Positions 1 through 13,560 of a DNA stretch of 64,000 bases are shown here, one piece after another. The notes under the pieces are model-generated. The model did no database searches. It saw only the letters and a program-made list of their open reading frames with translations, and was not told the DNA's origin. A program made the position numbers and the translations under genes. Numbering within the stretch: the first letter of the stretch is position 1; each line of letters begins with the position of its first letter. Source of the DNA: Ptychomitrium polyphyllum (Eukaryota). The DNA lies in the NCBI GenBank assembly GCA_973851085.1, contig OZ316775.1:20522001-20586000 (forward strand), read 5' to 3'.

Positions 1-1308
1 CGCTAGCTTCGCGTGTCCGCCTTTGTCCAAGCCCTTACGGTCGACGACTCCCGCCTTGCCCCCGCCGCGATTCGTTGTCGCTGCGTCGATCTTGGCTTGA
101 ATTTCCTTGGCTGTGTGTTTCTTCGGCTTCGCCTTGCCTGTCATCTTTGCAGTGCTCCACTCTCTGTTCTGTTCTGTTCTGGTCTCTCCCTCTCTCGCTC
201 TCCTCCCACGCCCTCAACTAGAAATCAATTTGACCTGATTCTTACTAGGTCTGGAAGGGAAGACGGGAGAGGAGAGGCAAGAGGGGCAACAGCAACAAGA
301 GAGGCGCCAAGAGGAGGTAAAAGTCGAGGAAGTGAAGGCAACCCATCAAGTGGTCGCCAGGCAAGGGAAACCCTAACGATCAAAGCGGACTCACCATGGA
401 TTGGCTCGGCAATGGCTGACTAGGTTTCCAGCCAGCGCTTGCAAGGTAGGCCCGCTTGAGCACATTCTCAATTTCCAACGTATGTTCAGTTTCCGTCCCT
501 CTTCGTCCATTATTCTCCGGTGATCACTTAGTGACAGTTCTGGACGAGGTCACTATTGGGCCTTATTATAACCCAGTTGCAAATATTATGATTATATTTT
601 GTTCTGCTAGGATCATCACGAATCTAAACATTCTGCCTACCGATCTCTCTGTAGTCTGAAGTTAGCTTCATGCACAAGTCCAGTCTCCTTCCGGGGCGAT
701 GAACATCGTTGTGAAGAATGTCTCTACCGTCCGCTGGACGATTTCAAAAGTGTGTTTGGCCTTTCGGACGTAGTCATTAATGAACTAAGCCGACTGAAGT
801 TAGCTTGTTGAATGCACAGTAGGATTTTACAACTACAGTCGAAGCTCTGCAGAATCTCACTGCTTCTTCTCAAAATTGAATTAAACGTGCAGAACAGCTT
901 TCAGTTTTCCATTCGAGAGAATGACATGTAGGTTTCTCGATCGACTGCGTCCGACATTGAAGTTTTAGATGATAACGTACCTCCAGCAGGATAACTTTCT
1001 TCTTTTCGTGCAAAAATCTTGGAATTAATTCCTTTGGAAACTAATTTGTGCATCTTCAACAAGAACGGCTTGTGCATGTGATAAATTGCAGCACGACTGG
1101 AACATTCTTTATTTTCATAATTACATGTCTTCCTCTCCAGTAACCAGCCTTTCCGTTCCATCCTGGCGAGTCTTGGAAGATGTCGCCGTCATTGAATCAT
1201 GGGTGCATTATCGACAGTGCTTCATGCGATGGTCATGTCAAAAGAGGACTTATTTATGTCCTTGCAAATGAGCCCCGATGCTTTGTGAGTGTAATCAACA
1301 GAACGGAA

Positions 1309-3933
1309 TCACAGGGATGCTAAATGCTGAGTGTTACTCTTGGTACTAAACAAGCGGTTGAGAATTGCAGCAAGCCTGACGCCTCCTTGTGCTAGTCTAG
1401 TCTCCACAATCGGCAACCGAGAGGAAATAATCATCTGCAAAACACGAATGTTTTCAAAGGTGTCAGGCATGCATTCCAAATGGACAAGATTCAGGTTCGA
1501 TTTCGTACTAATAACCTGGAAAGAAGATCACCTGCTAGAGTAAATCCAGGAGTGGCGTTTCTGTAGGCATGCTGGCAAGCTAAACTGATACCTTCATTTG
1601 CGTACCTGCACACCAGAACCTTAAAATCTCAGAATTTTCTCCAGTAGGTACAGTAGACAAAAGCTGGTGTATGCAAGTGGGCAGTTTGTTAAAGAACAGG
1701 AGTAGCGAGAATAATTCATGATCATCTCTTGTTTCAAGTACTGTCATCAGAACGTAGTAGCTGCAACTTACTGGTCAGGGCAAGCAATTTCTCCATTTGA
1801 GCATTCACCCCACAACTGCGCTTGTCCGACTCAATTATTCTATACAAACCCAGATGTGAATCAGTAATAGCACCACAAACTTCGTATGATGACTATTTAC
1901 AAAAACCACCAAGGAAATACCAGGGGAATATCAGGGGGATACCAACAAACAGAAGCATCGCATTTAGTGAAGTTGAAAGAAATAAGAAAAGGTCGGGAGG
2001 CGCTACAACATACGGTTATATTCTGCAATCGCATCCACCATGGTGACGAGACTCTTGTTGTAGTACAAATCCTTTGCTGTGTCGATTATTTCTTTGTCCC
2101 AAACCTACAATACCACTCAAATTGCATTGAAATGAGAGTATAACAAGAATTGGCACCCCATCAATGCTTGCTGAGTACTGAACATGTGTCACAGAATTGC
2201 TAACTAAAGGACGTATCTTACAGGAGAAGTCGATTGAGAAACAGAAGGCAATTTGAAGCATCTTATGTCAAAACACACACACAAAAGAGGTGATTGTTTT
2301 GGTGATGCAAATTCAGTAAATGGATGCAAACATACATGGTGAAGATTTGCTTTGCGTTTGTACTACTGTACCAGGATAGTGTTTCCACCAGCATCTGAAG
2401 TGGAACCTACATGCAAAGGCTGCATGCAGAACGATTCTAACTATATTAGAGGGGAAAACATCACTCACACCTTCAACCTAGAAAATGAATACTGTAGCAA
2501 GGACGCTTAAATGTTTAGTAGTTCTAGAAAACATGGAACTGGCACCTGAACCTTGTACAGCAAGCAGCCAACCGTTTGAGACATTAATAGAGCAGAAGAC
2601 AAGCGGATACGACTACGCTTAAGAAAGTGAATAACTCAAAACAAATAACGCCACATGAGAGTGCGGGCACCTGGTAGATATCGGCGACAATGTGTGATAG
2701 AAAGAGAAGAGCCTCAGTTAAGTTATCTGACAACCGCCACAAATCAACATGTCAATATTTGTGAAGAGGATTGGGTACGCAGGAGTTTTAAGAGTAATGG
2801 AGTTAGGAACTTACACTTTGTTAAATTTGTGAGTGATGTAATGAAGTGCCTTTGTTAAATGAAACAGGTTTTCTTCCTGAAGCTGGAACTTCGTCAGCTA
2901 AGACGTAAAATTATTGATAGCTGCAGATGCACAAAAGCCCTTCCGACCATACTCGTCATAACAGTCACCTGCACCATTTCAAAAGCAAATCAATGCCACA
3001 ATACCTAATATTTATAATACGGATAGTAGGTATAGAAATGCTATGGGACCAGTGCAGGACGTTGTTGATTCGAAACTGGAAAATCAGGGAATACATATTC
3101 TCAGTAAAAATACTTATACTCGAGAGGCTTTGTCCACAAGACAAACACTACGAGAAAAGGTTAGAAGATTACGATCATAGTTGTAACGGCAGAGGAAATC
3201 AGGGGTCTCAATGTAATGAAGAGATGTCCAATGGTACTTTTGCATCCACTTAATCTCATCTGGCCAAGTGCAGAGACTGGCCAGACTCCCATTTGCATAC
3301 TCGGGGAGCAAGGATCGCACTGCCTTCAAAGTTGCAGGTTCCAACAGAGGCTGCACCAGAAGAAAGCCATAACTGATCAATGGGCAAACTCGCATTCCTC
3401 CACAGAGAGTATCCAGGAGCTCAAGGAAGCCATGTCAACGTCGCCAAACTCATCATCATCTCGAAGGCTCAAAGAACCCATTTTTCTCCACATTGAGAGG
3501 TACAATCCATCCATCTCTTCCTTCCAAAAGCTAATTGCATCAAACCTTGTCTCTAGAGCGAACACCCTAATCTATCTTATGTCTGATGTCATTCAGGAGT
3601 CTACGAGGCCCTTGGTGTAAACACAATGAAAAATACCGAAACTCCTAAACTCTAGAATACAAGCATCTTCACATGCTGAAAACCATCGGCTGCATGATTC
3701 CCATAAACGTGAACCCTACGGTAACGTCGAATTCGAACACATCAAAATTCACGTCCAAGATCAAAATTTTCAAAACTTGCAGATACAGCTTCAAAATGCA
3801 CCTATGCAAGCAGGCAAGTAGCATAATGCCCATCGGCTCCGCAAGCTCCAGCACGCCCAGGAAACGCCCCCACACACAGCACCAGGCCTAGAATGACTGA
3901 AAGCAGCGACCTTCCCACACAACCACCCGCCAT
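1309..3933 (-). pseudogene. S1/P1 nuclease (plant ENDO/BFN1 family) pseudogene, 9 exons
   Basis: Exons: 3933-3802 (signal peptide then ACGADGHYATCLLA*), 3350-3173 (AVRSLLPEYANGSLASLCTWPDEIK...HWTSLHYIETPDFLCRYNYD), 2968-~2816 (RDCYDEYGRKGFCASAAINNFTS*L), 2726-2671 (NLTEALLFLSHIVADIYQ), 2419-2336 (PLHVGSTSDAGGNTILVQ*YKRKANLHH), 2104-2014 (VWDKEIIDTA), 1839-1772 (NN*VGQAQLWGEC..ACPD), 1605-1532 (YANEGISLACQHAY), 1434-1309 (DDYFL/RLPIVETRLAQGGVRLAAILNRLF). All family motifs are in order with GT-AG introns. In-frame stops at 3802-3804, 2898-2900, 2363-2365 and 1831-1833; apparent frameshifts in exons 6 and 9. Confidence 0.93.
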
Positions 3934-5197
3934 ATCTACCGCCAACCAAAGCTCACAGCCCCCTTCCCCACTTGACCGGCGATGTGCAACACCCGGGGAC
4001 ACTGCACTGCATTAAAGTCCAGCTACGACGTGATCATACCCTCCCACTCCTCATTCCCAATCACGCTCGCTCGACGTCCACTCCAGAGGAGACCAATGTT
4101 TGAAGTTTTGCCTGCAAGCGGAGGCCCCCCCCTTGCCTGCGCTTGGTTGGCAGGCGCTCCTTAGTGTGAACAAGGGCAAGGCAGGGCAGGAGGCGCTCCT
4201 CGTGTGAACTATAGTTAGTGATTCAGTGGCGCTTCCGGTTTCGAAATCGTCTCACTTGCGCCAGGCCGCTGGTATCTTACTTTTGCTTTTACTTTTACTT
4301 TTGTGATTATGGGGGCAGGTGGGAAGAACAATCTACCACCATATGAACTTGTGCTTGTTTGTACTCTCTATGAGCCTATAGAAATGTGTTGAATAAGGCA
4401 AAGGATTATGTTACAACATGGCATTAAACTAAGGGTATGTTGTATATTTAGTCATCAAACAAGGTTTGTGCTTTCAAGTATTCATCCTTGCATATGGTGA
4501 TTATTGCTTGTTGATTTTCTATTTCTTGAAGTAAGAGTGAATTACTTTAGTTGTTTATGATATTTGGAATTTTTTTCTAATATTGACTCTAAGAAGGTAT
4601 GTTTAAGATATGTATTCATGAAAGATAAATTTATGCTAAATGGAATAAATTTCTACTAAAGAAAGTAATTTAGCAAACCTTTTGTATTAAAAGTGGCGTT
4701 TTAAAAATTTTACAGCCAAATGTCAATTTAATTTTAAAATGTAGATGGAAAATGTATAAAGAATGTTCTAAATGAATATGGTGTAGAGTATTTTGAATGA
4801 AAAAATGGCTTCTATTCAATTTTTGGTTATTTGAAATACTAAAGTAGTATTCATGAAATGTGATTCCAAAGCTAAAACAAAAAAATATATTTTTCAAGGA
4901 CCCATTTCCATGCATTTTAGGTATTGTATAAATAAATGCATTATAATTTTAGTCTAAAATTAGTTATTGTTGAATTTATAAACTTGAGAAGATTTCATTC
5001 TTACAATGTCTAAAAGTAACTGTTGATTTTTATAAATAGCATTTAATATCTGAGCTTGATATTGAAGGTGATTTTTAAAATAAACATAAAATATTTAAAA
5101 ATTAAGATTATACAAATTAGAATTTGTAATCTTGTTTAATTAAAGCACTTTCTAATTAGCTATTATATTTTAAGTGTAACAATATTGCTACAAGGAG

Positions 5198-5221
5198 AAA
5201 AAAAAAAAAAAAAAAAAAAAA
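5198..5221 (+). repeat. poly(A) homopolymer (24 nt) closing an AT-rich spacer
   Basis: Run of 24 A seen directly; no target-site duplication recognised. Confidence 0.9.
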
Positions 5222-5712
5222 CGTTTTATAAAACTAGGTTAACTTTGACGACTGGTGTTATGTTATGAAACCACCTTGCATTATTCTTTTATCATACGTC
5301 AACTCTCCTCCAAAAATAATCTTACTATTCTGTATCCACTCCAACTCAGCACACCTCTTAAACCTAGTGCCAGTAGCCATAAGTAGTCAAAAGCAGTCTT
5401 CAATTCTAATCAGTTCAGAAATAACAAAAACAAAACCTCGAAAAATCATAGCACCCTGATCACAAAAGAGTGAAAAACTCATCACTAGTTTCAAACCAAA
5501 GAACCTGAAACTATAAGACTCAGATCACATCCCATGCAGTTCTAGCACTGTTTTCGTATACGTTCCAAAGTGTAAGAAAATCATGAAACTGCAAATTGAA
5601 CCTTGTTATAGAAAGAGATAAGTTCTTTCAAGCTTCGTGCTCTGAAACATCTCATGAACATAGGTAGTTATCACAGATGAGACAGGCTGCTGCAGTAAGT
5701 TCCTATCTTTTC

Positions 5713-8700
5713 CTACCTTGCAGAGGTGAGGTTGAGTCCACTGCCATGGAGCTTGATATTACTAGCACTAGAAACTGGGGTACTACCAGAACCTGATGCG
5801 AGCTCCGGGTTCCATGTCATGTTCTCCTGCGAGTAACCTCTGTGAGTATCGAATCCCGGTATGCCGAGATCAGTTCGACCATGACTGGATTGGTGGGGAA
5901 CGACCTCAGAGGATTCAGAGCCGGCATCTCCTAGGAGCAGACTCACAGCGCGGGACATAGGAGGACGCATCTCCTCGGCGAACTGTAAGCACAGGAGAGC
6001 TGTCTTAATGACCCTGTCTGCTTCTGCAGCCTCATTGATATGCAGCTTAAGTTTCGGGTCCACCAGGTCTTTGAGCCTTGATTCTCGGTGCAGTATCTGC
6101 ACCTGCATATGTGACACGACATCATTCGTGTCATGAGACTTTGTACTACTCATGTTGCAGTTCTATTAGCTCACTTGAGCAAGAATATTGTTCACTGAAC
6201 AGATTTAGTAGGATTGTACAACGTGGATGTTGGATTTGGGGCGTTCAGAAATGGATACGGTGGTCTAGAAACTTCTACGGCCTCTAGAGGTTTGTCCGAA
6301 GGTTGCGAGCATTACATTTTAGTGGCAGTCATGATAAGTTGATTTTCTCATTGCAGGAGCTAGTTTTTGGGGCCGAGCAAAGGTTCTTGTTTTCCAGGCC
6401 TAAGTAAACATGATCAGAATGAAAAACAGATAATCCAGGTACGTGGTTAGTTGAACATGCTTAAGGAACTTACCCAGCTGGTGAGATATGCTTCATCGGG
6501 TGGTGCATCGTGGTTTATGTTTTTTCTGCCAGCAACAATCTCCAGACACAAGACTCCAAAGCTGTAGACATCAGCTTTTTCACTCAGTTGACCCAAAGTT
6601 GCGTATTCGGGTGCTAAGTAGCCTCTGCAAGCATCATCAGGTCAAGATTTGTTAGAGAAAAGGTAACAATATTTCCCCACTGCTCCAGTTACATAAAGCT
6701 GCCAGTCTTATTGCAGTTCTGTATATCGGTAGGACAACAACAGAAGTGTCTTCTTTCTTGAAGTGGCTAAACATTCTCTAAAGAAGAAAGTTGGTAAGAT
6801 ATGCTTCATCAGGTTCAAATCAACTCAAAAATTGGATGAAAACTAAGTAGTACTGAGAACATCAGACCTTGTGCCAGCAACATGCTCAGTCAAGATGTGG
6901 CTTTTTTCGTCAGGAAACAAAAGGGCAAATCCAAAATCTGCAATTTTGGGTTCCAGGTTCTTGTCGAGCAAAACGTTGCTCGCCTTTATGTCTCGGTGAA
7001 TGATTTTAGGATCAGCCAAGGCGTGAAGGTAGTGTAGGCCGTGTGCTACTCCTAAGCAAATATTCATTCGCTTCGGCCAACTGACGTGACCACCTTTACC
7101 TTCTGCACAATGCAAAAAGGTCGCGAAAATAACACCGCTTATACCCAGAAATAATACATTTAGCCTGACACAAATTTCATTAGACACTAGCAATGTACAT
7201 GAACAGAAAATTGAGTATGATAAGTTTTGAATCAATGTCTGACCAAGAAGAACCCATTCAAGATCATGGTTGTCTGCAAAATCATAAACAAGAAACCGCT
7301 CTTTTCCTCGCAAACAGCAGCCCCTCAGTTTGATGAGGTTCCGGTGTCTCATCCCGGTTATCAGCACCATCTCGTTCAGGAACTCATCCATGCCTTGATT
7401 ACTCTTGCCCACGTATAGCTGCTTCACAGCTACTGGAGTAAAGTTTGGCAGAATGCCCTGCAGCCATTATCATTTATCATTGATTCACATCTTGATATTC
7501 GTTTCCAGGCTTCATATTCATGATGACTTGATTTGCCATACATCTAATCTCTGGGTCGCTACTAGCATGATCAATCAGCTATAAATAACATTCCCACCTT
7601 GTAAACAGCTCCATAGCCTCCTTGACCCAACTTCATACTTTCGTCAAAATTTCGGGTGGCATTTTGTAGCTCCCTATATGTATAGATAGTGGGCTTCACA
7701 TCGTACTCCTCACATTCTGCACCACCGTTTGATGTTGATGAATTAGACGCCATATGCACAAGAATTATGGACGCTGTTTGTAACTTGGCTTTCATATACG
7801 GCAAGAAGAACTGAGCTCACTTTGCTTCACTTCAAGCAATTGGTATCGTTGGATGCGAGTGCTCCTTCGGTGCAACAGAGCTCCCAGAAGAATGATCAGA
7901 AACAGGGGGATCAAAGTTGATGTTAGGGCTATAGTGATCACTCTCTTCCGCATTGAATTCACGTTATCTGCACAGTTATAAGCACACATACTCAATAGAT
8001 CAGTCACTAACATGCCATTAGTAAGAACTTCTATCCACTATTGAAATACTACCAAATCTGTAGGTACTTTGAGTTCAACCAAAGCTCCCTTCAATTGCAA
8101 GCATGAAAAATCATGGTGTCCTCCAATTCATCATCTTTAAGATGTACTATCTCACTACTACACTGGCTCAACTGCATATAAATGCAAGGAAAGAATATGC
8201 TCACTTCTTATCGTGACTTCTTTTCGCTTGCTGGTCTTTCCTACAGTTTTGTAATTGTAAGGCACTGGCTCTAAGTGAATATATTGATTTACAACTTAAC
8301 GATATTCTATACATAGTCGAGTTCTTTTAATTACCTTGCATGGAGTAGCATATCTGGAGGCAAAAACATCTGGTCCCATCGTTCGCTTGAGGGTTCGAGC
8401 AATATGGATTCCCTTGCAATCTGTATGTGGTATCTCAAGTAATCCATTCCCTCATCATTAAAAAGTTACATTGTAACAGTGAATTGGCAAGTGAGAAGAT
8501 ATGGACGAAACGAATATGTAATGAGCTTAAATATAGAGAAGCTTACCGATTTTCAATGGCCTTAGGATTGACATCTAAAGGACCGTTATAAATTACATTG
8601 GCTATATTGTTATTCTTCAAGCTTATAACTTTCATGTTAGTCGTTTCTGGTGGTGCGTCCACTTTTACACTTGTCTGGTCTGTTCCCGCTGTCAAGTTTT

Positions 8701-11008
8701 GAGTAAGGGCGGTAATGTTTAGAGATCCACTGAAGGAGTTGTTATCAAGGTACCTGCACACAAGCAAATAATTACCACAGCTACAAATTTACTGATATGG
8801 ATCGTCAATACGTTTACGGCATTATTGTTCCAATTCATACATTGCTAACCAAAAGTTTATCCAATCAAACACTTGAAAGTATGATAGTTAATGGAGACAC
8901 TTACAGTTCAATAACGGAATCGAGCACTGTCCGATTGAAGATTGGAAAAGGATCGGTTAGGCCATTTCCGGAGAGATCCAAGGTCTGAAGCGAATGCGAA
9001 ATAGCGCAGTTCATAATTGATGAGAACTTTAAGTTGGATCCGTTAAACTGATTATAACTTAGGTTCCTGAGAGACAAAGTTCCTATTAGGACATAAATCA
9101 TACCAATGTACCACAGGACAATATTAAGCGTTTAATAACAGTAAAAAGTTCATATGTTGAAATCAGATTTGAAAGATCGGTCACTGAGTCAACAGTTGGT
9201 GGACTCACACTCGGCGAAGTGCAGGGAGCATGGATACGTCAGGAAATGATCCGTTGAAAATGTTGTCGGACAAGTCCCTGCAGACAAACATTCAGTAGTC
9301 AAGATGTTCGTTGTGCACACAGGAGCTTCACAGCATCTGACAAATTCACTCTCAACTGTTAGTTCACTTGGTGCTAATTAGCATAGTAAAGATTGATTGC
9401 GGCACTGAAAGTAGAGGTATGGAGGACGATCTCTTACAGCTCTTGTAGCTCGATTAATTGGCTAAAGTTGTAGTGGCTTACGCTTCCTTCGAGGCGATTG
9501 TGGGAGAATCTGATAGTCTGTAGCAAACTCATGTTGGTCCAGTCTGGAAATTTTCCAGTGAGGTGATTGTCACTCAAGTCTCTGCAGAGATTCAAGCTAC
9601 CTTAAAAGTTATATCGCCTGAATCAGGCGAGGTTTATGACTCGTCATTCAAGTACTGGTATGCACTAATTGTACAATGTCACAAGAACTGTTGCTCACAT
9701 ATTTCGGAGAGTATCAACACTTGTGAGCTCCACAGGAATTGTTCCGTAGAATGCATTGTTGTGAAGGTCTCTGTCACGTCAAAAAACAATTAGTCAGTGG
9801 CTGCTAGTTGTACAACTTTCATGCTTAATAAAGATCAATTAATTGAGCTGATAATCCTTCTTTCAACTTGCTTACAATGTGTTCAAAGAGTTGTTCAACT
9901 TAGCAAGCTCCTTCGGTATAGGACCTGTCAAATTAGGGTTCCTTGTCAAGCTTCTGCACAAGACCAGCCGCAAGTGAAAACAGAGTCAACCATGTAACCG
10001 GGTATTTGATTTATGGGCCCGAACATAAATGCAATTGCGAGCAAGGTGTTCGAAACGTACAGAGTTGCGAGGGGCTGAAGATCTCCTATCGCTGCCGGCA
10101 AGGTGCCAGTCAAAGATGATTCTTGAAGGCTCCTGAAATTGTCATTTACATGAAATTATGTGTTTTGAGAATAAAATTAGTGCAGTACCTAATCTAAGAA
10201 ACAGCCGACCTGCAATGACCCACCTGGCTTACAGATTACATGGAAGTTTTCAAAACTCAAGTCCAGCTTAATTGCCAGTTCAGATCTAATAAGTTGGGTG
10301 CTTGATTGAACTCACAGGCCAGCAATGTCGATCCAGTAATTTGTGTCATTGCTGTTATCAGAGGTGTTAGCAAACTGCACTCGAAAGCATTGCACACCTC
10401 GCTATGGTGTGAAGGTAGGCAAGCCCTCAGTCCAGCAAGGATACCTCTCCGAATCATTCCAGAACCTTAAATTGACATCCGGATCAGGGGTGTTGTTCCA
10501 TGCGGCATGAAGCTTTTGCAAGGCGTTCACTGTCGCAACACAAACATACCACCTAAACATGTTATGCATTCACATGTTATGCATTCACATGTTATGATTA
10601 GTACAAATCAGCAGTTTGTAAGCAAAGCTTCCTTTCACTAACTTGTTGGTGGAGCCTGGGAAAATTGTTAATTAGCAGAATGTACAAAAGCTACGTTGCA
10701 ATTATCTGGTTGAAACAAACCTGATTATAGTTAACTTTAACATTACTTCAAATCTTTCTGAGCGATGACATATCCTTCTATACTGGTCAAAAATGATTGA
10801 AACTTGTGAGATAAGAAAGGTTCCACAAGTTGACAAAACTGAGCTCCTCACATAAAGTTCTCCAGGTAGCAAGCAAATAGCCCAATGATTCTACTGTAGA
10901 ATACTTACATGAAGCAGTGCGATACCAGTTGGTGTAATTGGCAGCTACACTTACGGTGGACATAGCCCACAAGAGCTGAACCAACACGTAATATCTGTAG
11001 ATCGCCAT
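5713..11008 (-). CDS. LRR receptor-like Ser/Thr kinase (LRR-VIII-like kinase domain, no malectin domain seen), 16 exons, ~819 codons, with one premature stop (candidate null allele or young pseudogene)
   Basis: Phase-consistent exons 11008-10909, 10529-10316, 10132-10061, 9953-9876, 9770-9699, 9581-9438, 9277-9209, 9066-8905, 8753-8547, 8420-8335, 7967-7821, 7716-7598, 7457-7244, 7102-6868, 6624-6474, 6102-5713. Signal peptide [27 protein letters not shown]-cap, LRR exons of about 72 nt ([15 protein letters not shown]), C-cap LQGNPYC, TM ([23 protein letters not shown]), kinase motifs [28 protein letters not shown]. In-frame TAG at 10402-10404. Confidence 0.92.
10557..10596. repeat. 15-bp tandem repeat (ACATGTTATGCATTC x ~2.7) in RLK intron 1
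   Basis: Seen directly. Confidence 0.85.
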
Positions 11009-12789
11009 TGGAATTATGTAGAGGCACAAATAGATGCGGATGTACTCATCCGCAGAAGGCTCCTACTATTGTCCGCAGAAGGTCAGCTGTTTATGGGCAA
11101 GCAGCAGAGATCCAGAATGAGGCATTCAGTATAAAGCTCTTGATGCATCAAATGGCTTCTCCCAGCCTATGAGCTTCGTGAAGTTACAGGGAGTTCCTTG
11201 AAACCTCGCATGGCTAGGAGTGAGCACTTCTTGAGTGGAAGCCCTTCGAAGTTGCAAATGAAGTCCGGAAGTCATTGATTGGAGTATTCTAATATTATTT
11301 GAATTCATTCTAACGCGGCACAGTTGCAGAGAATAGTTTAGTCAAAGGTGGAGTCCATGATTTCAACAGCATTAATTTAATCCATTCAATGACCTGGTCA
11401 ATTCTCGTGCAACCTGAAAGGCGCGTCACTTTAGAATTCCACTCAGCTGACCATGACCGGTTCTCATGGTGGAGCTTGCCTTTTTATATCTACACTGCTA
11501 CGAAGCTTATACCCAAAGTAGGAGTTATCTGATGCACTGAAGAATTATGATTCTTGGACCATCATTTGGTTAAGAGCAGGCATTAGAAGGTGTGAACACA
11601 GATTTTTAACATATCATGCTAAAACAGCACTATGAAGGACAATACCGATGTTTTCAAAACTATCGGATCAGATAAGATGTAAGTTCTTTACACTGTCTTG
11701 TTAAGGAGTTGCAAAGATGCTCCAGGATACGCCACTGCTGTATTGTTGGGTTTGACACATCAACCCTCCACTTGCACACTTTACATGATACTGGGTAAAC
11801 ATTGCTCGATCGATCTCTAGACACAGTCAGAAAAAGTGTCATACGTTTTGATTTGAAGTCTCCCAAAAAAGTGGTAGAAATAATCAACCTCTCCCTTGTC
11901 CTTCACAAAAGTTGTGAACCATTACGAGCATCTTGGGATTAGCTTCTCGAAATTCTCGATCAACCTAAGCCTTCTTTTGTCAAGCTCCGCTTCCATCCCT
12001 TCGAAAGAAGTCGTAGATATTTAAAGAAACTTATGCCAAGCCGTAGTTACCCTGATCATATCCGATAGGTCGAAGGACATCAATCATGATAACGAAAGGA
12101 GGAGCTTATATCATCCATAATTCCGCATCTGACGAACCAGTTGCAATGGACTTCTGGATGACTGTGGCCGATGTTCCAATGGCCAATGTTCTATTCGATA
12201 GCTACTGCAGCGACCGGCTTCCCCCGCTTGCATCTGTGGCGGCTCGATTCTCAAATCGACGTCAACGACAATGTCATCACGATGATCAAGTGCACAAGTG
12301 GAACAACGTGTACGCCTTTGTAGCGGTTCAGCTTACTACAAAGGTGACCTCACAGGGTTTGCACATCGTAGAAATTTATCTTGCACGTAGGTATTGCTTG
12401 CAAGTCAATTGAGTCAAAGTTTCGAACTCTTTGCGCCAGATTTCTTCCAAAGATTGCTCAAACTGGCTTTTGTCGTCGATTTCTACTCGCTGGTGGCGTT
12501 CTGTTTCTTGCTAGTCTACCAGTGCACTTGTCTCTGCAGCTTCGATTTCCTATCTACAATGGATCGGCCGCCACTTGACCCTTTGGAAGATGGAATGCTT
12601 CGCGATGTTTCTAACTTTGTCGGAGGTCATGTCACCACTTCCTACACCTCCATCTCCTTTGTCATAACCACCGAAGTTTACGCTTCAGTATTGAACTGAA
12701 AGGGCGAGGTAGTACTTATTCCTACATCCGCTCTGCAAGTAATTCGGTCATTGGTGGCTTAGACCCACGTGGACGCATGGAAACTTCAT

Positions 12790-13560
12790 CTTTGGAGATG
12801 ATATCTTCGATGACGTGCTCTAAGGAATCTTCTCTATCCTGCGATCGAGCCGCAGCCTCTCCACTCTAGGTATTTAATTGGTCTGACTCGATTGCAGACG
12901 GTTACCGACGCTGCTGTGTAAGAATCCTTTCTTAGAAACGTTGACCCTAGACCCTGAGGTTACAAAACATCTAAAAGATGCGGAAAGCATTGCCCTCTGT
13001 TTTGAATGGAAGTTTGTTCTGAAGTTGTCCACGTTATTGATGAAGCTTAGACCTAGATTTTGAGCAGTGGGAGGATACGTTGCGGCCTTTCACGACGAGT
13101 TTAAAGAGCGAGGCGAATGTGGGTCTCAAGCAGTTATCTTTGGAGATTCAACCTTACGCACTAATATTGCATACACCATGTAAATAAGCCATAGCGAGTC
13201 TTATGCGATGTAATATTACGCTTGAGAACCTGGAGATTCGTTCCTACGTCATATCCAGGTCTGTGTAACATGGCTCTCTCAAAGTGTTTGCTAAAGGCCT
13301 TGCAGCTAATCACACATTGCAGGAATTCAGTTTTTATTGCAGCATTTCAAGTTTGAAGGAGTTTATCAGTGCTTTCATTCCAGATTCACTGGCTGTCAAG
13401 CTACCCATTTGAAAACTCTGAAACCGATTCCTACGTTGTCCTATGAGAGGGTAGAGGATTGCATGAGAGAGCTTGACTAGAATGGTGAGATAAGTACCAC
13501 CTTGAAGCATATAGAGGTGGCTTCAGATGGCGTCTACGTGATCTCAGTCGGTTGGATCTT
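12790..13560 (+). pseudogene. decayed ribonuclease-inhibitor-like LRR protein (TORNADO1/LRR-ROCO-like repeats)
   Basis: Reading through stops and frameshifts gives ILRSSRSLSTLGI, LLCKNPFLETLTL, LRPFTTSLKSEANVGLKQLSL, IASLMRCNITLENLEI, FAKGLAANHTLQEFSF, GCQATHLKTLK and STTLKHIEV. These are repeated LxxNxTLxxLxL units. Boundaries are approximate and the relic may start further upstream. Confidence 0.55.

Noticed and set aside
13..423. 136-aa ORF at the window start
   Set aside because: Non-ATG start, built from CT/GA-rich low-complexity sequence with a telo-box; more likely promoter or UTR.
1309..10404. Stop codons at Gln/Trp positions as evidence of U-to-C editing or stop-codon recoding
   Set aside because: The nuclease also has frameshifts and lost metal ligands, intact genes here (CCT, hemF) end at TAG normally, and plant U-to-C editing is organellar.
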